Shown here in pieces: positions 9,194 through 19,757 of a DNA stretch of 64,000 nucleotides; the stretch's first letter is position 1, and each line of letters begins with the position of its first letter. This stretch comes from a candidate division FCPU426 bacterium (GTDB lineage: Bacteria; Oederibacteriota; PGYV01; Palsa-1178): positions 128,001 to 192,000 of the forward strand of contig CAWIXE010000003.1 in NCBI GenBank assembly GCA_963840035.1, written 5' to 3'. The notes beneath the pieces are model-generated. The model ran no database searches. It worked only from the letters and a program-made list of their open reading frames with translations, and had not been told where the DNA came from. A program made the position numbers and the translations under genes.

Positions 9194-10708
9194 ATGAAGC
9201 TAAAAATATTACTGATAAACCCGCCCAGAGTTGACGGATTTCCCGTTGTCCGCGAGGAACGCTTTGAACATAAGGACATAGGTTCCGTATACCCGCCGTT
9301 ATCTTTATTATATACCGCTGCCGTTCTTGAAAAAAATCCGGATTTTGAAGTGCGCGTCCTTGACGCAAACGCGCTGGACCTTAACCTAAACCAGGTGGAA
9401 GCGGAGCTGCTTAAGTTCACCCCTGATGTTGTTATGTCGCGCGTGGGTTTTGATACGCAGGCGCCGGACCTGAAAGTCCTGTATGCGGCCAAATGCCTTG
9501 GCGCGCTCACTGTTTTAAGGAGCAAGATAATAGCCGACGTCCCCGCTTTGCGGGATGAGATATTAAAAGGCAATTCCGTTGACCTCTTTATAAATTCTGA
9601 ACCTGAGGCTGTTGTGGAAAAGCTCTGTATTGAGGTGATTAAAAATCTGCAGGCTAAAGCGCAAAAAGAACAGCCTGCTTCGTGCCTGCGCGACCCTGAC
9701 TGCAGGGCGGTGGATGACCTGGATTTCTTAACTCATGTGCCGGGTATTTCTTTTTATACCAACGGCAGGATAATAACGACGCTTCCGGCAAAAGAAATTA
9801 CCGACATAGACACGCTGCCGTATCCTGCGTACCACCTGCTTCCGTCATTAAAGCCATACCATACAGGGGTCATGGACGCGCCTTTCGCGCTTATTCAGAC
9901 CACAAGGGGGTGCCCGTTTTTATGCACTTTCTGCGCTTTTGGAAAGACGAAATGCAGGGAGCGCGGGGTTGAGTCCGTGATTAATGAGATAAAATATCTG
10001 AGGGACAAATTCAAAATAAAATCATTTCTATTCTTTGACGATACCATTTCCATAAAGCAGGGAAGGCTTGAGGAGCTTGCCAACAGGATGATAGAGGAAA
10101 AGCTGAACAAACTATCCTGGGTGTGCTGCACCAGGGCAAACCTGGTAAATTATGAAATGCTCAAAACCCTGAAAAAAGCCGGCATGAAAGAAATCGCCAT
10201 AGGCATAGAAACGGGCTCTGCTGAAATATTGAGGAATATTAAAAAAGGCGTGACCTTAGACGACATAAGGCAGTGCGCGAAGTGGTGCCATGAACTCGGC
10301 ATCATGTTCTACGGCCTTGCGATAATAGGCCTGCCCGGGGAGACCAGGGAAACGGTGAACGAGACAGTGGAATTCATAAAGGAGATAGACCCGTTCTACA
10401 CGCAGTTTTGTTTTTCCACGCCGTTCCCGAATACGGATATGTATGAATACTACGAAAAGAATAATTTTCTGCTTACCAAAGACTGGTCAAAATATTTCCC
10501 CCTGGCAGACGAGCCTGTTATAAGGACAGAGGCGCTGACAGCCGCCGACCTTAAGGAACTGCGCGCAAAGGCATATTCAAAAATATTGATGAGGCCGATG
10601 TATTTACTCAGGCAGATACGGCCGTTTGACTGGAAATGGAATGTTGTAGGCGCGGTTAAGATTGCGAACAGGATTTGGCGTGTGCTCACAGGCAGGCCGG
10701 TGAGGTAA
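9194..10708 (+). CDS. B12-binding radical SAM protein
   Basis: YPPLSLLYTAAVL, TTRGCPFLCTFC (CX3CX2C), FFDDT, IGIETG, GLPGET, TPFPNT. Confidence 0.92.
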   Translation: MKLKILLINPPRVDGFPVVREERFEHKDIGSVYPPLSLLYTAAVLEKNPDFEVRVLDANALDLNLNQVEAELLKFTPDVVMSRVGFDTQAPDLKVLYAAKCLGALTVLRSKIIADVPALRDEILKGNSVDLFINSEPEAVVEKLCIEVIKNLQAKAQKEQPASCLRDPDCRAVDDLDFLTHVPGISFYTNGRIITTLPAKEITDIDTLPYPAYHLLPSLKPYHTGVMDAPFALIQTTRGCPFLCTFCAFGKTKCRERGVESVINEIKYLRDKFKIKSFLFFDDTISIKQGRLEELANRMIEEKLNKLSWVCCTRANLVNYEMLKTLKKAGMKEIAIGIETGSAEILRNIKKGVTLDDIRQCAKWCHELGIMFYGLAIIGLPGETRETVNETVEFIKEIDPFYTQFCFSTPFPNTDMYEYYEKNNFLLTKDWSKYFPLADEPVIRTEALTAADLKELRAKAYSKILMRPMYLLRQIRPFDWKWNVVGAVKIANRIWRVLTGRPVR

Positions 10709-10713
10709 GATAT

Positions 10714-10823
10714 AGTCCCAGGACCCAAGACTCATGACCCAAGTCAGCAAAAACACAAATGCATAAACAAAGACATTAGGTTGTGATTTTTGACTTGGGG
10801 CTTGGGTCATGGGGCTTGTGTCT
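10714..10823. repeat. Heptamer-periodic inverted repeat (GACCCA-type) between convergent genes
   Basis: agtccca ggaccca agactca tgaccca agtca ... tgact tggggct tgggtca tggggct tgtgtct. Confidence 0.85.
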
Positions 10824-11022
10824 AATTTGCACTACAAATCACCATCCCCTTATTCCTGTAATTATTCCCGGTTATGGCGTCCTCGGGGTCGCCCAGGACC
10901 TGATCGGAAAAATCAGAGGAAAAATCGCCGGGGTAGGGATCCCACATATTCAGGTCACTTATGAAAATGACATTCTTTATGTCCTTTATCTTCATCTTAA
11001 ACATGGCCACTTTTACCTTCAT
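10822..11022 (-). CDS. 66-aa hypothetical micro-protein (paralog of 11154-11336)
   Basis: AAGGAGG RBS 8 nt before ATG; motifs shared with its neighbour. Confidence 0.7.
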   Translation of the reverse strand: MKVKVAMFKMKIKDIKNVIFISDLNMWDPYPGDFSSDFSDQVLGDPEDAITGNNYRNKGMVICSAN

Positions 11023-11153
11023 AGCATTAGCCTCCTTGTTTGGAAAGCCTGCTTTCGCTTGTCCTTTTAAGCTGCCTTACACTATATATATCGGAATTCC
11101 AGCGTTAAAATTTAGACAAATATTATAAAGGTTGGTTTCTGTTAAAAAAAAGA

Positions 11154-11336
11154 TTAATTCTGTGATAAATAAAGGGTTTTTGAATGATTGCGTGAAGTTA
11201 AGAACTTAACGTAAGTATCACGGTGAACGGCGTCCTGTTCTTCCGTGACCCCGAAAAATGGCTCCCATTTGCTGAAATCTATGTCCTGGATGCTTTTCGA
11301 CCTATCAGGCGCAATGGTCTTGATTTTTACCCGCAT
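11154..11336 (-). CDS. 60-aa hypothetical micro-protein (paralog of 10822-11022)
   Basis: GGAGGT RBS before ATG; motifs shared with its neighbour. Confidence 0.7.
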   Translation of the reverse strand: MRVKIKTIAPDRSKSIQDIDFSKWEPFFGVTEEQDAVHRDTYVKFLTSRNHSKTLYLSQN

Positions 11337-11725
11337 TATAAAACCTCCGGCAGTAGTTAATAGAAAGTTTTAGCGATAGTACTTTTGGGATTGATTGCGG
11401 AACTGCAAAAGGGTAGTTTCTTACTTATATGCTACTATACTTGAGGCGGGGATTCAAGGAAAAAGTGGGTTGTGGGTGGTGAACCTGGCTTGATGATTGT
11501 AGATTCGGTTTTGTAGGTTGATTCCTGAATCGCCTAAACGCTGGCAGCTGCAGCAGGCTGTGTTTTATATGCGTAAATTAGGTTTTCTGCGCCTTTCTTC
11601 CTTATTATTTATATGCCGGTATGTCCCCTACAATTCTATTGAATTTTCCCATGTTTTCCGTATAATATCATGGATTTGTTAAAATCAGGGGCAGATTGCC
11701 CCAACACTATAAACGGAGGAATTAC

Positions 11726-13396
11726 ATGGAAAAACTCTCAGAACTGCAGAAATTAAGGCTCACCTACAAACCGGCTTTACCGGCAATATTAAAGTCTCCT
11801 TTTTCTTCAATCAAACCCAAGGTTGGCGCTGCCACAACGGCTATATCGGACCCTGAAAAACTTAAAAAAATATTTAAAAACATATTTGGCAAGCCCGTTG
11901 TCACCTTTACAAAGGGAAAGAACAATGGCTTTAACAAAAAAGCGTTAAAGGTCGGGGTCGTGCTATCGGGCGGGCAGGCAGCCGGCGGGCATAATGTCAT
12001 AGCCGGGCTCTTTGACGGGCTTAAAAAGGCCAATAAGAAAAACAGGCTCTTTGGATTTTTGGGCGGGCCTTCGGGCATCATTGACGGGAAGATGATGGAA
12101 ATAACAGCCTCCTTGCTGGAAGATTACCGCAACACCGGCGGTTTTGACATGATAAAGTCCGGAAGGACAAAGATCGAGACTGCCGAGCAGTTCAACAAGT
12201 CAAAGAACACCATAGTCAATAACGGCATAGACGCGCTCGTAGTCGTCGGCGGGGACGATTCAAATACCAACGCCGCCCTGCTCGCGGAATACTTCATGGC
12301 GGAAAAAGTGGCGGTCCAGGTCATCGGCGTGCCAAAGACCATAGACGGCGACTTAAAGAACGACATGATAGAAACATCATTCGGCTTTGACACGGCTACA
12401 AAGATATACTCCGAGCTCGTCGGCAATATATGCCGCGACGTTAATTCCGCGACAAAGTACTGGCACTTCATACGCTTGATGGGCAGGAGCGCTTCGCACA
12501 TCACCCTCGAAGTCGGTTTCCAGACCCAGCCGAACATAACGCTTATAGGCGAGGAGATCCTCGCTAAAAATATGACCCTTGCCCAGGTTGTCGACACCAT
12601 AGTTGAAGTCGTGCTCGAAAGGGCCGATAAGGGCAAGAACTTCGGGGTATGCCTGGTGCCCGAGGGTTTAATCGAGTTCATACCGGAGATTAAGGAACTG
12701 ATAAAGTCATTAAACGACACGCTTGCCACACATGAGCAGCAGCTAAAGGCCATAGAACATTTACGGGGAAAAAAGGATTATGTTTATGAAAATATCGAAC
12801 CGAGGCTTTCCGACCTCATGAAGTCGCTTCCTGACAACATCGAAAGCCAGCTGATACTTGACAGGGACCCGCACGGCAACGTCATGGTATCGCAGATAGA
12901 GACGGAAAAGCTGCTCGTGGAAATGGTGGAGAAGAAACTCCGCTCCATGAAAAAAGAAGGGGCTTTCAAGGGCAAGTTCGCCGCCATCACGCACTTCTTC
13001 GGATACGAAGGCCGCTGCGGCTTCCCGACAAATTTTGACACCAACTACTGCTACGCGCTCGGATATAACGCGGTTGTGCTTGTGGTAAACGGCATGACCG
13101 GCTATATGTCTTCGGTAAGAAATCTGACAAAGGCGCCTTCACAGTGGCTGGCAGGCGGAGTGCCGTTGACTATGATGATGAACATTGAAAGAAGGCACGG
13201 CCAGGACAAGGCAGTCATACAAAAAGCCCTGGTCGAACTCGATGGAAAGCCGTTTAAGGCCCTTGTCGCAATGCGCGATAAGCTGGCTCTCAATGATATG
13301 TACCTCTTCCCGGGTCCGATACAGTACTTCGGTCCCGCGCAGGTGGTGGACGCTACGACAAAGACGCTGCAGTTTGAGCGTGGGAAGAAAAAATAG
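11726..13396 (+). CDS. pfp: Pyrophosphate-dependent phosphofructokinase (long clade)
   Basis: SGGQAAGGHNV, GGDDSNTNA, PKTIDGDL, LMGRSASH, FFGYEGR; GGAGG RBS before ATG 11726. Confidence 0.95.
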   Translation: MEKLSELQKLRLTYKPALPAILKSPFSSIKPKVGAATTAISDPEKLKKIFKNIFGKPVVTFTKGKNNGFNKKALKVGVVLSGGQAAGGHNVIAGLFDGLKKANKKNRLFGFLGGPSGIIDGKMMEITASLLEDYRNTGGFDMIKSGRTKIETAEQFNKSKNTIVNNGIDALVVVGGDDSNTNAALLAEYFMAEKVAVQVIGVPKTIDGDLKNDMIETSFGFDTATKIYSELVGNICRDVNSATKYWHFIRLMGRSASHITLEVGFQTQPNITLIGEEILAKNMTLAQVVDTIVEVVLERADKGKNFGVCLVPEGLIEFIPEIKELIKSLNDTLATHEQQLKAIEHLRGKKDYVYENIEPRLSDLMKSLPDNIESQLILDRDPHGNVMVSQIETEKLLVEMVEKKLRSMKKEGAFKGKFAAITHFFGYEGRCGFPTNFDTNYCYALGYNAVVLVVNGMTGYMSSVRNLTKAPSQWLAGGVPLTMMMNIERRHGQDKAVIQKALVELDGKPFKALVAMRDKLALNDMYLFPGPIQYFGPAQVVDATTKTLQFERGKKK

Positions 13397-13403
13397 GAAA
13401 ACA

Positions 13404-13461
13404 AAGCCCAAAGCCCAGAGCCCAAGGTTGCCTTGAGCTCTGGGCTATTCACTTTGGGCTA
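13404..13461. repeat. Heptamer-periodic inverted repeat (AGCCCA-type)
   Basis: aagccca aagccca gagccca agg ttg cct tgagctc tgggcta ttcactt tgggcta. Confidence 0.85.
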
Positions 13462-13477
13462 TATTGAAGGAGACCAC

Positions 13478-16400
13478 GTGGGGAAAAAACCTAAGAAAGT
13501 AAAAAAGGCTTCAAAGCCTCTCAACAAAAATTTCAAGATATACTTCCTTTTCGGAATGATCCTGCTTGCGGCGCTTGTGCTGCGGCTGGCGCAGCCTGAC
13601 TGGTATAACGACAGGCAGTTCCACCCTGACGAACGCTGGATTGTGGGCAGCGCCGTGCCCATGATTAAATACTGGGGCGACAAACCCATCGGGCTGCAAT
13701 ACGGCTCGCTGCCATTATACCTTCTATCCACATATAACGGCGGAGTCACGGCATTAAGGAACGCCTTCTTTCCGCGTATGGACATGAACAAAGCGTTAAT
13801 CGGCGGGGCCAGGGCCATATCAGGGTTAATCAGCACCGGCACCATTGTTTTTATATTTTTAACCTGTCTGGTCCTTTTCCGGCCGGGGGTCGCGCTGCTG
13901 GCGGCAGCTTTGATGGCCTTTACCACACTTGATATCCACGCCGCCCACTTTTTTACAACAGACCCATTTATATCTTTTTTTGTTTCCATCTCCATTTATT
14001 TCTGCGCGAAGATATATAAGAAGGGGAAACTTATAGACTACATACTCGCCGGAGTTTTTTACGGCGCGGCTATAGCGTCAAAGACGGCGGCCCTTCCTTT
14101 TGCCGCGGCCATATTCGTCGCGCACATACTCCATTTTGTCACCATAAAGGGCAGCTCAAAAAGGGATAAGGAAAAGAAGACGGCTTCATGGGTGAATTTC
14201 GCTTGGGCAGTAACGGCGGTCGTGATTACGTTCTTCATATGCATGCCGCACGCCATACTTGATTACCCGAAGTTTGCCGCTGACCAGGATTACCAGAAAC
14301 GCATACTTATAACGGGCGAAGGCGATGTCCCGTATAACAGGCAGTACATAGATACTCCCAAGTATATTTTTTACATAGAGAACATGATTAAGTACACCAT
14401 GGGCATACCATACGGCACCATGGCATTCATCGCGTTCTTCTTCTATATATTTATTTTCTTCAGGGATTTAAAGGACGGCAGGATCGGGAACCGGGAAATA
14501 CTCATCATACTTGCGGGGCTTGTGCCGTACTTCCTCATCGTGGGTTTCTCATTCGCGAAGTTCAACAGGTACATGGTGCCCATGACTCCTTTTCTGGCGC
14601 TTTTAACGGCAAAGCTGCTTTTTGACATCAGGGACAGGCTTAAGGAAAAGAAAATAGGCACCGCGTTAATCGCGGTTGTTTTAGGAGGCGCGATGTTCTA
14701 CGGCATAGCCTTTATGAATGTTTACGCCAATTCGCACAGCTGGATTGAATCCTCCCGCTGGATGTTTAAGAACATACCGGCTGTGACCGCGGATATAAAA
14801 GGCGCGCCGCACAGGACAAGGGTATTAAATGAAATGTGGGGCGACGACCTTCCTGTCTGGGCTGACGGCCGCGGCGGGGAAACATATGAGAACCTCAAAT
14901 GGAATGTGCAGGAGCCTGACTCCCCGAACAAGATAGAGGAACTTTCAAACATGCTTTCCTTCACTGATTACGTGGCCATGGCTGACAAGCGGGCATACGG
15001 CACCTACCAGCGCCTGCCGAAACGCTACCCGATTAATTATTTTTATTATACGACCATGTTAAAGAACGCCGATATCCTCGGATATAAACTCGTCTATGAA
15101 AAGGTAAATTACCCGTCGTTATTCGGCATCACCATAAACGACGACAAGGCTGACGAGTCTTTCCAGCTTTATGACCACCCGAAAGTTTATATATTCAAGA
15201 ATGAAAAATATTTTACAAAGGAACAGTTAAAACAGATACTGCTTGACGGTTCGGCAAAGATTACGCAGGGCATAGGCGCCGCCACCGGCGGCGCGACAGG
15301 CGCGCTCAAAGAAATAGGCTCGGACAACCCTAATATCGGCAAGATACGGGACGCGGTAAAAGGCGTCATACCCCAGCTTTCCATCGTGTTCTGGTACCTT
15401 CTGATACAGCTGCTTGCCATGATGATGATGCCTTTGAACATGGTTATATTTAAGAACTTAAAAGACAAAGGCTACGGCCTTGCCAAGATAGCGGGATTGT
15501 TTTTCTTCGCCTGGATTAACTGGCTTCTGGTATCCATGAACGTTTGGAATTTTTACCAGATGAACCTGTGGATACTTCTGGCAATCCTTTTTGGGGTTAG
15601 CGCGTTCTTCTCAATAAAGAACAGGCCGGAAATAACCGCGTTTACAAAGTCGAACAGGGGTTATATTATAGCGGCTGAATCAATATTTTTAGCGGCATAC
15701 CTCTTATTCATCATTGTTAAGCTCTGGGCTCCTGATATACATAACGTCGCGGGCCACGGTTATAACGGCGGCGGAGAGCCCATGGGGCTTGCTTACTTAA
15801 GCGCCATATATAATGACGTAAAATTCCCGCCGCATGACCCGTGGATGTCAGGCTTTACCCTCAATTATTATTACTGGGGCCAGTTGATTTTAGCGACGGC
15901 GTCAAAGCTGTTAGGTTACCTGCCGAAGGTTACTTATAACCTTTCACTGGCAATATTGTTTGCCCTTTGTTTTATCTCTGCATTCTCGCTGGCGTACAAT
16001 ATGACGGGAAAGAAACGCTACGGCGTCCTGGCGGGGTTTCTGCTGGCGTGCGCCGGGAATTTCCATACCCTTGTTTTTATCATAGACAAGATGATAAACA
16101 GCCCGGACATACGCGGTTTCTTAGGCGGGGTTTTCTCGTTCCAGTTTATCTGGGACCCGACAAGGATATACCCCAGCCCTGTAATAACCGAACTTCCGTT
16201 CTTCTCATACCTGTACGGCGATTTACACGCGCATAACATAGTAATACCGGTCACCGTGCTTGCCATCGCCCTTATTTATAACGTCATGAAAAGCCCGAAT
16301 AAGGAACTAAGCCTGTATAAAAATTTAGGAAGCACGCCCGCTGAGATCGCCTTAACCTCGGCAGCGCTCTCCGTCACAGTGGGTTCCATGCTGGCGATAA

Positions 16401-17914
16401 ACACCTGGAATTTCCCTCCGGTTGTAATTACTTTTGGACTGGCGCTGGGAATGCTTGCGTTTATGCTCTACAGGGAAAACAGCAAGCAGGTCATGAAAAT
16501 GAAAACGCCGGTAAAGCTAAAAACACTCGGCGGATTCGGGGCGGATATTGCCGCGACCATGGCAGTCATTCTCGCTGTTGCATGGGCGGCATTTGTATTC
16601 TTTCACCTGAATTTTCATTCGCCTTATAAGGCGGCGCTCGGTCATGTCACAAGGCCAGAGCAGGCCGGCGTGTTTGTCGTATTTGAATACTTCTCCATAT
16701 TTTTTATAATCATATCCGCGTGGATGTTCCAATCATGGGCGTCCGGGTTTGAGACTTTTCTTAAAAAAACCGGGCTTTCAAAAATAAGGAACTTCAACTC
16801 GCGCAAGACCGGAAAAATGATAACAAAGGGCATAGACAGGATATTTGACAACCCGCCGCTGTTCCTGAGGTTTTTATCAGGGCTTATAGTGGCCGCTCTT
16901 TTTATCCTGCTTCTTTTCATCCAGACAGCGTTTGCATTCCTTTTTGTCATGATCGTTACCTGCGTATGGATGCTATTTAAGGCAAAATCAAGGGAAGAGG
17001 CGCTCGCGCTTGTGCTTGTTTTTGTATCTTTATGCATCGTCGTCGGGACGGAACTCTTCTACATAGCCGACGGCAGGATGAATACTGTTTTCAAATTTTA
17101 CATGGTAGCCTGGACGCTTCTGGCTTTAAGCGTCCCGTACCTCGCGTATATGTTCATGGAAACATTTAAAAAGCAGCTGAAACTGAAAAAATTTGACGGG
17201 CTCATCGCGGCCGGATCCGCCATAGCGTTCCTTGTGATACAGGGAGTGCTCGCGTTTGTGGACAACAGGACAGGCAACGGTTTCGCAAGGGTGTTTTTCA
17301 TCATGGCGGTATTTGCCGCGCCCCTTTTGTTTGTCATACTGCGCGACAGGGTCGGCAAGGCAGTGCTTGCAGGAGCTTTTATTTACCTGCTCGTGCCAGC
17401 TGTGTTATACCCGGTGCTCGGGTCCTTGACGAAAATGTCGATATGCAGCAGCGGTTTTTCCCAGGCGCCCAGGATAGACGGGACAAAATACATGTCGCGC
17501 ATGGAACAAAGGCCGGGCTCCACGAGGGATTTTGACAAATATGATTATGACTCCATAGAGTGGATAAATAAAAACTTCAAACAGATTGAGCCCATACTGG
17601 AAGCGCCGGGGGAAAACATGTACTCGGGAGTTTCCAGGATATCGATTTTCACCGGAATGCCGACCTTAATCGGATGGGGATACCAGGTAAGCCAGCAGAG
17701 CGGCCGCGATACCAACACTAGGAACATTAACGCAAATTACATATACGGCCAGTCGACTGTGGAAGAGGCATTGAACGTATTAAAGACATACAACATCAAA
17801 TACGTTTACATGGGGACAATTGAAAGATCCATGTATAACAACCCGATGAAATTCGCCGGAGTGGCGGACGTCGTGTACTCGAACGCGGGGGCTACGCTTT
17901 ATAAGATCAGGTAA
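13478..17914 (+). CDS. Large membrane protein: ArnT/PMT-like GT-C domain fused to DUF2298 (YYY) domain
   Basis: N-terminal FHPDE and many TMs; C-terminal PPHDPWMSGFTLNYYYWG, ELPFFSYLYGDLHAH, RMNTVFKFY; GAAGGAG RBS before GTG 13478. Confidence 0.85.
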   Translation: MGKKPKKVKKASKPLNKNFKIYFLFGMILLAALVLRLAQPDWYNDRQFHPDERWIVGSAVPMIKYWGDKPIGLQYGSLPLYLLSTYNGGVTALRNAFFPRMDMNKALIGGARAISGLISTGTIVFIFLTCLVLFRPGVALLAAALMAFTTLDIHAAHFFTTDPFISFFVSISIYFCAKIYKKGKLIDYILAGVFYGAAIASKTAALPFAAAIFVAHILHFVTIKGSSKRDKEKKTASWVNFAWAVTAVVITFFICMPHAILDYPKFAADQDYQKRILITGEGDVPYNRQYIDTPKYIFYIENMIKYTMGIPYGTMAFIAFFFYIFIFFRDLKDGRIGNREILIILAGLVPYFLIVGFSFAKFNRYMVPMTPFLALLTAKLLFDIRDRLKEKKIGTALIAVVLGGAMFYGIAFMNVYANSHSWIESSRWMFKNIPAVTADIKGAPHRTRVLNEMWGDDLPVWADGRGGETYENLKWNVQEPDSPNKIEELSNMLSFTDYVAMADKRAYGTYQRLPKRYPINYFYYTTMLKNADILGYKLVYEKVNYPSLFGITINDDKADESFQLYDHPKVYIFKNEKYFTKEQLKQILLDGSAKITQGIGAATGGATGALKEIGSDNPNIGKIRDAVKGVIPQLSIVFWYLLIQLLAMMMMPLNMVIFKNLKDKGYGLAKIAGLFFFAWINWLLVSMNVWNFYQMNLWILLAILFGVSAFFSIKNRPEITAFTKSNRGYIIAAESIFLAAYLLFIIVKLWAPDIHNVAGHGYNGGGEPMGLAYLSAIYNDVKFPPHDPWMSGFTLNYYYWGQLILATASKLLGYLPKVTYNLSLAILFALCFISAFSLAYNMTGKKRYGVLAGFLLACAGNFHTLVFIIDKMINSPDIRGFLGGVFSFQFIWDPTRIYPSPVITELPFFSYLYGDLHAHNIVIPVTVLAIALIYNVMKSPNKELSLYKNLGSTPAEIALTSAALSVTVGSMLAINTWNFPPVVITFGLALGMLAFMLYRENSKQVMKMKTPVKLKTLGGFGADIAATMAVILAVAWAAFVFFHLNFHSPYKAALGHVTRPEQAGVFVVFEYFSIFFIIISAWMFQSWASGFETFLKKTGLSKIRNFNSRKTGKMITKGIDRIFDNPPLFLRFLSGLIVAALFILLLFIQTAFAFLFVMIVTCVWMLFKAKSREEALALVLVFVSLCIVVGTELFYIADGRMNTVFKFYMVAWTLLALSVPYLAYMFMETFKKQLKLKKFDGLIAAGSAIAFLVIQGVLAFVDNRTGNGFARVFFIMAVFAAPLLFVILRDRVGKAVLAGAFIYLLVPAVLYPVLGSLTKMSICSSGFSQAPRIDGTKYMSRMEQRPGSTRDFDKYDYDSIEWINKNFKQIEPILEAPGENMYSGVSRISIFTGMPTLIGWGYQVSQQSGRDTNTRNINANYIYGQSTVEEALNVLKTYNIKYVYMGTIERSMYNNPMKFAGVADVVYSNAGATLYKIR

Positions 17915-18021
17915 AGTGAGTAGCGGGTGGTGAGTGGCGGGTAGCGGGCAGGAATAATGATTTAAAGCTGAAAGGCTTGGGTGTGTCGTTTAAATTAGAA
18001 ATTTTTTCCGAACGGAGCACT

Positions 18022-18567
18022 ATGGATATTATCGGCACTTTGAAAGCGTATGATATTGCTCTTTTTAAGTTTATAAACATTGGCCTTTATAACCATGCAA
18101 TTGCGGCGGTTATAAAGATTATTGCCAATGACATAACTGTGGTTGTTGTGCTGGCTGTAGGATTATATTTTATGGCCCGGAACTTCACTCAAAAGGCAAA
18201 ACTAAATCTGAGCTTTGGGCTCTGGGCTTTAATAACAACAAACATAATTTGCAATTTTGTGATAAAACCGTTCTTTAAAAGGCCGAGGCCGGTCGTGGAT
18301 ATACCGGGAATGCATTCGCTGGCCTGGGTTTCATATAAAAGCTACGCTTTCCCGTCCACCCACGCTGCCATGGCCATGGCCATCACCGTGGTGTTATGGG
18401 ATGATTATAAGGGTATGCGGCCATGGATGGTCCTGTTTAATCTGGGGCTTGCGTTTTTCTGCGTCTACACAGGCGGACATTATCCCGCGGACGTGGCCGG
18501 CGGGATGTGCGTTGGGTTGCTTATTGGGTTTGTGTTTAATTTGGTAAAGTCAAAAGTGAAAATTTAA
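18022..18567 (+). CDS. PAP2 family phosphatase (undecaprenyl-PP phosphatase-like)
   Basis: KPFFKRPRP, AFPSTH, GGHYPADV. Confidence 0.88.
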   Translation: MDIIGTLKAYDIALFKFINIGLYNHAIAAVIKIIANDITVVVVLAVGLYFMARNFTQKAKLNLSFGLWALITTNIICNFVIKPFFKRPRPVVDIPGMHSLAWVSYKSYAFPSTHAAMAMAITVVLWDDYKGMRPWMVLFNLGLAFFCVYTGGHYPADVAGGMCVGLLIGFVFNLVKSKVKI

Positions 18568-18611
18568 AAACGTAAATTTAAGGCTGGGATAAAAATATAA
18601 AGTGAGGAAAA

Positions 18612-19757
18612 ATGAAAAAGGCATTAATCTATGTTGTGTTGATATCATCTTTTTTTGCGCCGCTTTTTGCCGGGGATGACGCGGAGACGGTTAACGTGCT
18701 TTGCTACCACAGGTTCCAGCCGCGCAGCCCGGGAAGCGTAAAAAACAAGGTTTACGGCGATACATACTCGGTTAATATGGATGATTTTGAAAAACAGATG
18801 CAGTTTTTAAAAGACGGCGGTTATACTGTCGTGCCCATGAAGAGCCTTCTGGGATGGATAGACGGCAGGGAAAAACTGCCGGAAAAAGCCGTGGTTATAA
18901 CCGTTGATGACGGATACAGCTCGGTTTATACAAAGGCATTCCCGTTATTAAAGGAATTGAAATACCCGTTTACGCTTTACCTTTACCCCCAGTTTTACCC
19001 TGCGGCCGGAAGTTCCCTGAAGCCGGACGCTGTAAAAAAAATGCGTGAAAGCGGCCTGGTGGATTTCGGGTCGCACTCTATGACACATCCGATATTGACC
19101 CGGTGGGGCAACAAGAGCGAAAAGGAGTACCTGGATTTTCTGAAAAAAGAGATTGTTGATTCAAAGGCGGAACTTGAAAAAAAGCTGGGGTTTGAAGTGG
19201 ATACCATAGCGTACCCTTTCGGCACATATTCGGCAAACACCCTGCCTTTTGCGGTGAAAGCCGGCTACAAAGCCGGGTTCTCGGTGGTGGCATCATACTG
19301 CATGAAGACAGACAACAGGTATGCCCTGAAGAGGACTATGATATTTAACAAGACATCAATAAAGCGTTTTCAGGAGATACTGGAAAAAAAGCCCCTTAAA
19401 ATAAAAGTTGTTTCCCCTTATGACGGTGATATAATAAACGAACGCATGCCGGAACTTTCGGCTGTTATTGAGGATGATTCCATGATAAATACGGCCACAG
19501 TCATGTTTACCATGGGAAACGAGGCTGTACGAGACAGCGCGTATGATACGGCAACTAAGACGCTCACGCACAAATACACCCGCAAACTGCCCCGCGGCCT
19601 TCACGAGGCCAGGGTTACTGCGGATGGCAAAGACGGCGGCAAATATGAATACGCCTGGATGTTTCTTATAGGAAGGGCCGCTGACAAAGACGCCACAGAA
19701 GCCGCAATAGCGGGCATTAACATTGAAAAAGGAGAAGATAATGCAGAAAAAAGATAA
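18612..19757 (+). CDS. Polysaccharide deacetylase (CE4) with C-terminal Ig-like domain
   Basis: Signal peptide, VLCYH, ITVDDGY, SHSMTHP, AYPFG. Confidence 0.88.
   Translation: MKKALIYVVLISSFFAPLFAGDDAETVNVLCYHRFQPRSPGSVKNKVYGDTYSVNMDDFEKQMQFLKDGGYTVVPMKSLLGWIDGREKLPEKAVVITVDDGYSSVYTKAFPLLKELKYPFTLYLYPQFYPAAGSSLKPDAVKKMRESGLVDFGSHSMTHPILTRWGNKSEKEYLDFLKKEIVDSKAELEKKLGFEVDTIAYPFGTYSANTLPFAVKAGYKAGFSVVASYCMKTDNRYALKRTMIFNKTSIKRFQEILEKKPLKIKVVSPYDGDIINERMPELSAVIEDDSMINTATVMFTMGNEAVRDSAYDTATKTLTHKYTRKLPRGLHEARVTADGKDGGKYEYAWMFLIGRAADKDATEAAIAGINIEKGEDNAEKR

Noticed and set aside
11340..11450. Riboswitch in the leader of the micro-protein genes
   Set aside because: Only short possible pairings; no riboswitch consensus that I recognise.
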